DNA of 64,000 nucleotides from Vairimorpha necatrix (Eukaryota): NCBI GenBank assembly GCA_036630325.1, contig CP142735.1, positions 248,001 to 312,000 of the forward strand, read 5' to 3'. Shown piece by piece: positions 63,015 to 64,000 of this stretch (position 1 is its first letter; each line of letters starts with the position of its first letter). The notes under the pieces were generated by a model. It saw only the letters and a program-made list of their open reading frames with translations, ran no database searches and was not told where the DNA came from. The position numbers and the translations under genes were made by a program.

Positions 63015-63997
63015 GGTTAAAGGGGCCACTTTGGTCAAAAAAATGGTATAAATATTTTTTTTTAAAAAAAGACCCTTTTTTTTTTGGAAAGTCAAAACGG
63101 CAAAAAAAGGAAGAAAAAATAAATTAAATAATATTCGTAAATAAATCACCTTCAAAGTTCCTTCTTAACATATATCTTATCAACGAACCAGTAATCAATG
63201 TTCTAGTTCTGTGTCTTGCCGAAGTCTCATTTTTTAATCCACTCCAATTTCCTTCAATTGTGTTAGTATGACATCTATTAAAATTATTTACAAACTCCAA
63301 TGAATGATTAACAGTTTTGTGTTCAGCAAAATAGTCTTTTAACTTAAAATAAGACTTGAAGCAGTCACTGTGTATAATTGATTCGGAGTGAATATAATTT
63401 TTAATTATTTCTTCTAGTGTTTTGGCTTTCCTATCGTCGACTGGAATCATAACTATCTTTCTTTGGATGGTTCTTTCAACCATCCCAAAACCCCATACAC
63501 CTTCAACCCGATGTCCTCTGTGGTATTTTACTTTACCAAATTTGCTTTCATCTATTTCTACTATTATTCCTGGTCCACCGATTTTACCAGTTCGTTCGTA
63601 TACTTTATTTTCAATTGTAGAAATTGTTTTTTTATGATATGTCGAATACATCTTTTACCAATATCAAGAAATTCTCCTATAGCAGTCTGGTTAACCTTAC
63701 AAGGCCATAATTTTATTATTAACAAAACATCTAAAATATTTGTTTTTTTGTAATAAAATGGAGAGTCTTTTAATAATGACACTTTCCTCAGACATGCTTT
63801 CCAAACACATTTAGTCATTAATTTATTTTTATTACTTACTTTACAGTAAGCATCGCCTTTTGGACACTTTACAGTCTTATTTTGAATTGCTGTTGTAAAG
63901 ATGTTCAAGAGCTCTTCCTCTCGACTTTTCATTTTTGGGGTAAAAAAAACAAATTCGCTTAGATACCATTTTTTTGACCAAAGTGGCCCCCTGATCC
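63015..63997 (-). mobile_element. Merlin DNA transposon 4, transposase frameshifted (63564-63932 and 63124-63651)
   Basis: TIR core GGGGCCACTTTGGTCAAAAAAATGGTAT. Probable 9-bp TSD AGGGTTTCT, of which only AGG is visible at the window end. EIDES, IHSDC and HTNTIEGNW motifs. Confidence 0.9.
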
Positions 63998-64000
63998 AGG

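Overview
AT-rich eukaryotic DNA, probably from a large microsporidian genome. That assignment is an inference from the intron-less ORFs, CCC/GGG motifs just upstream of ATGs, and a Merlin + Ty3/Gypsy + Ginger repertoire. The window is almost entirely a nest of transposable elements. It holds about 14 compact Ty3/Gypsy LTR retrotransposons or fragments (labelled A-M plus one integrase relic), 10 delimited by paired LTRs and 5-bp TSDs and nested up to five deep. It also holds four Merlin (IS1016/ISXO2-like) DNA transposons, two Ginger2/TDD-like integrase transposons, two 3' fragments of an RLE-type non-LTR element, two copies of a tRNA-headed SINE-like retroposon and an enolase pseudogene. The main finding is that five unrelated Gypsy families with a C-X2-H-X4-H-X4-C Gag knuckle lack a tRNA primer-binding site and each carry a different 12-14 nt palindrome exactly at the PBS position, plus a hairpin at the U3 end. 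This suggests an undescribed tRNA-independent priming mode. Other highlights are elements with 52-69 bp LTRs and a recently mobile gag-only element. All coordinates were read by eye and may be off by a few bases.
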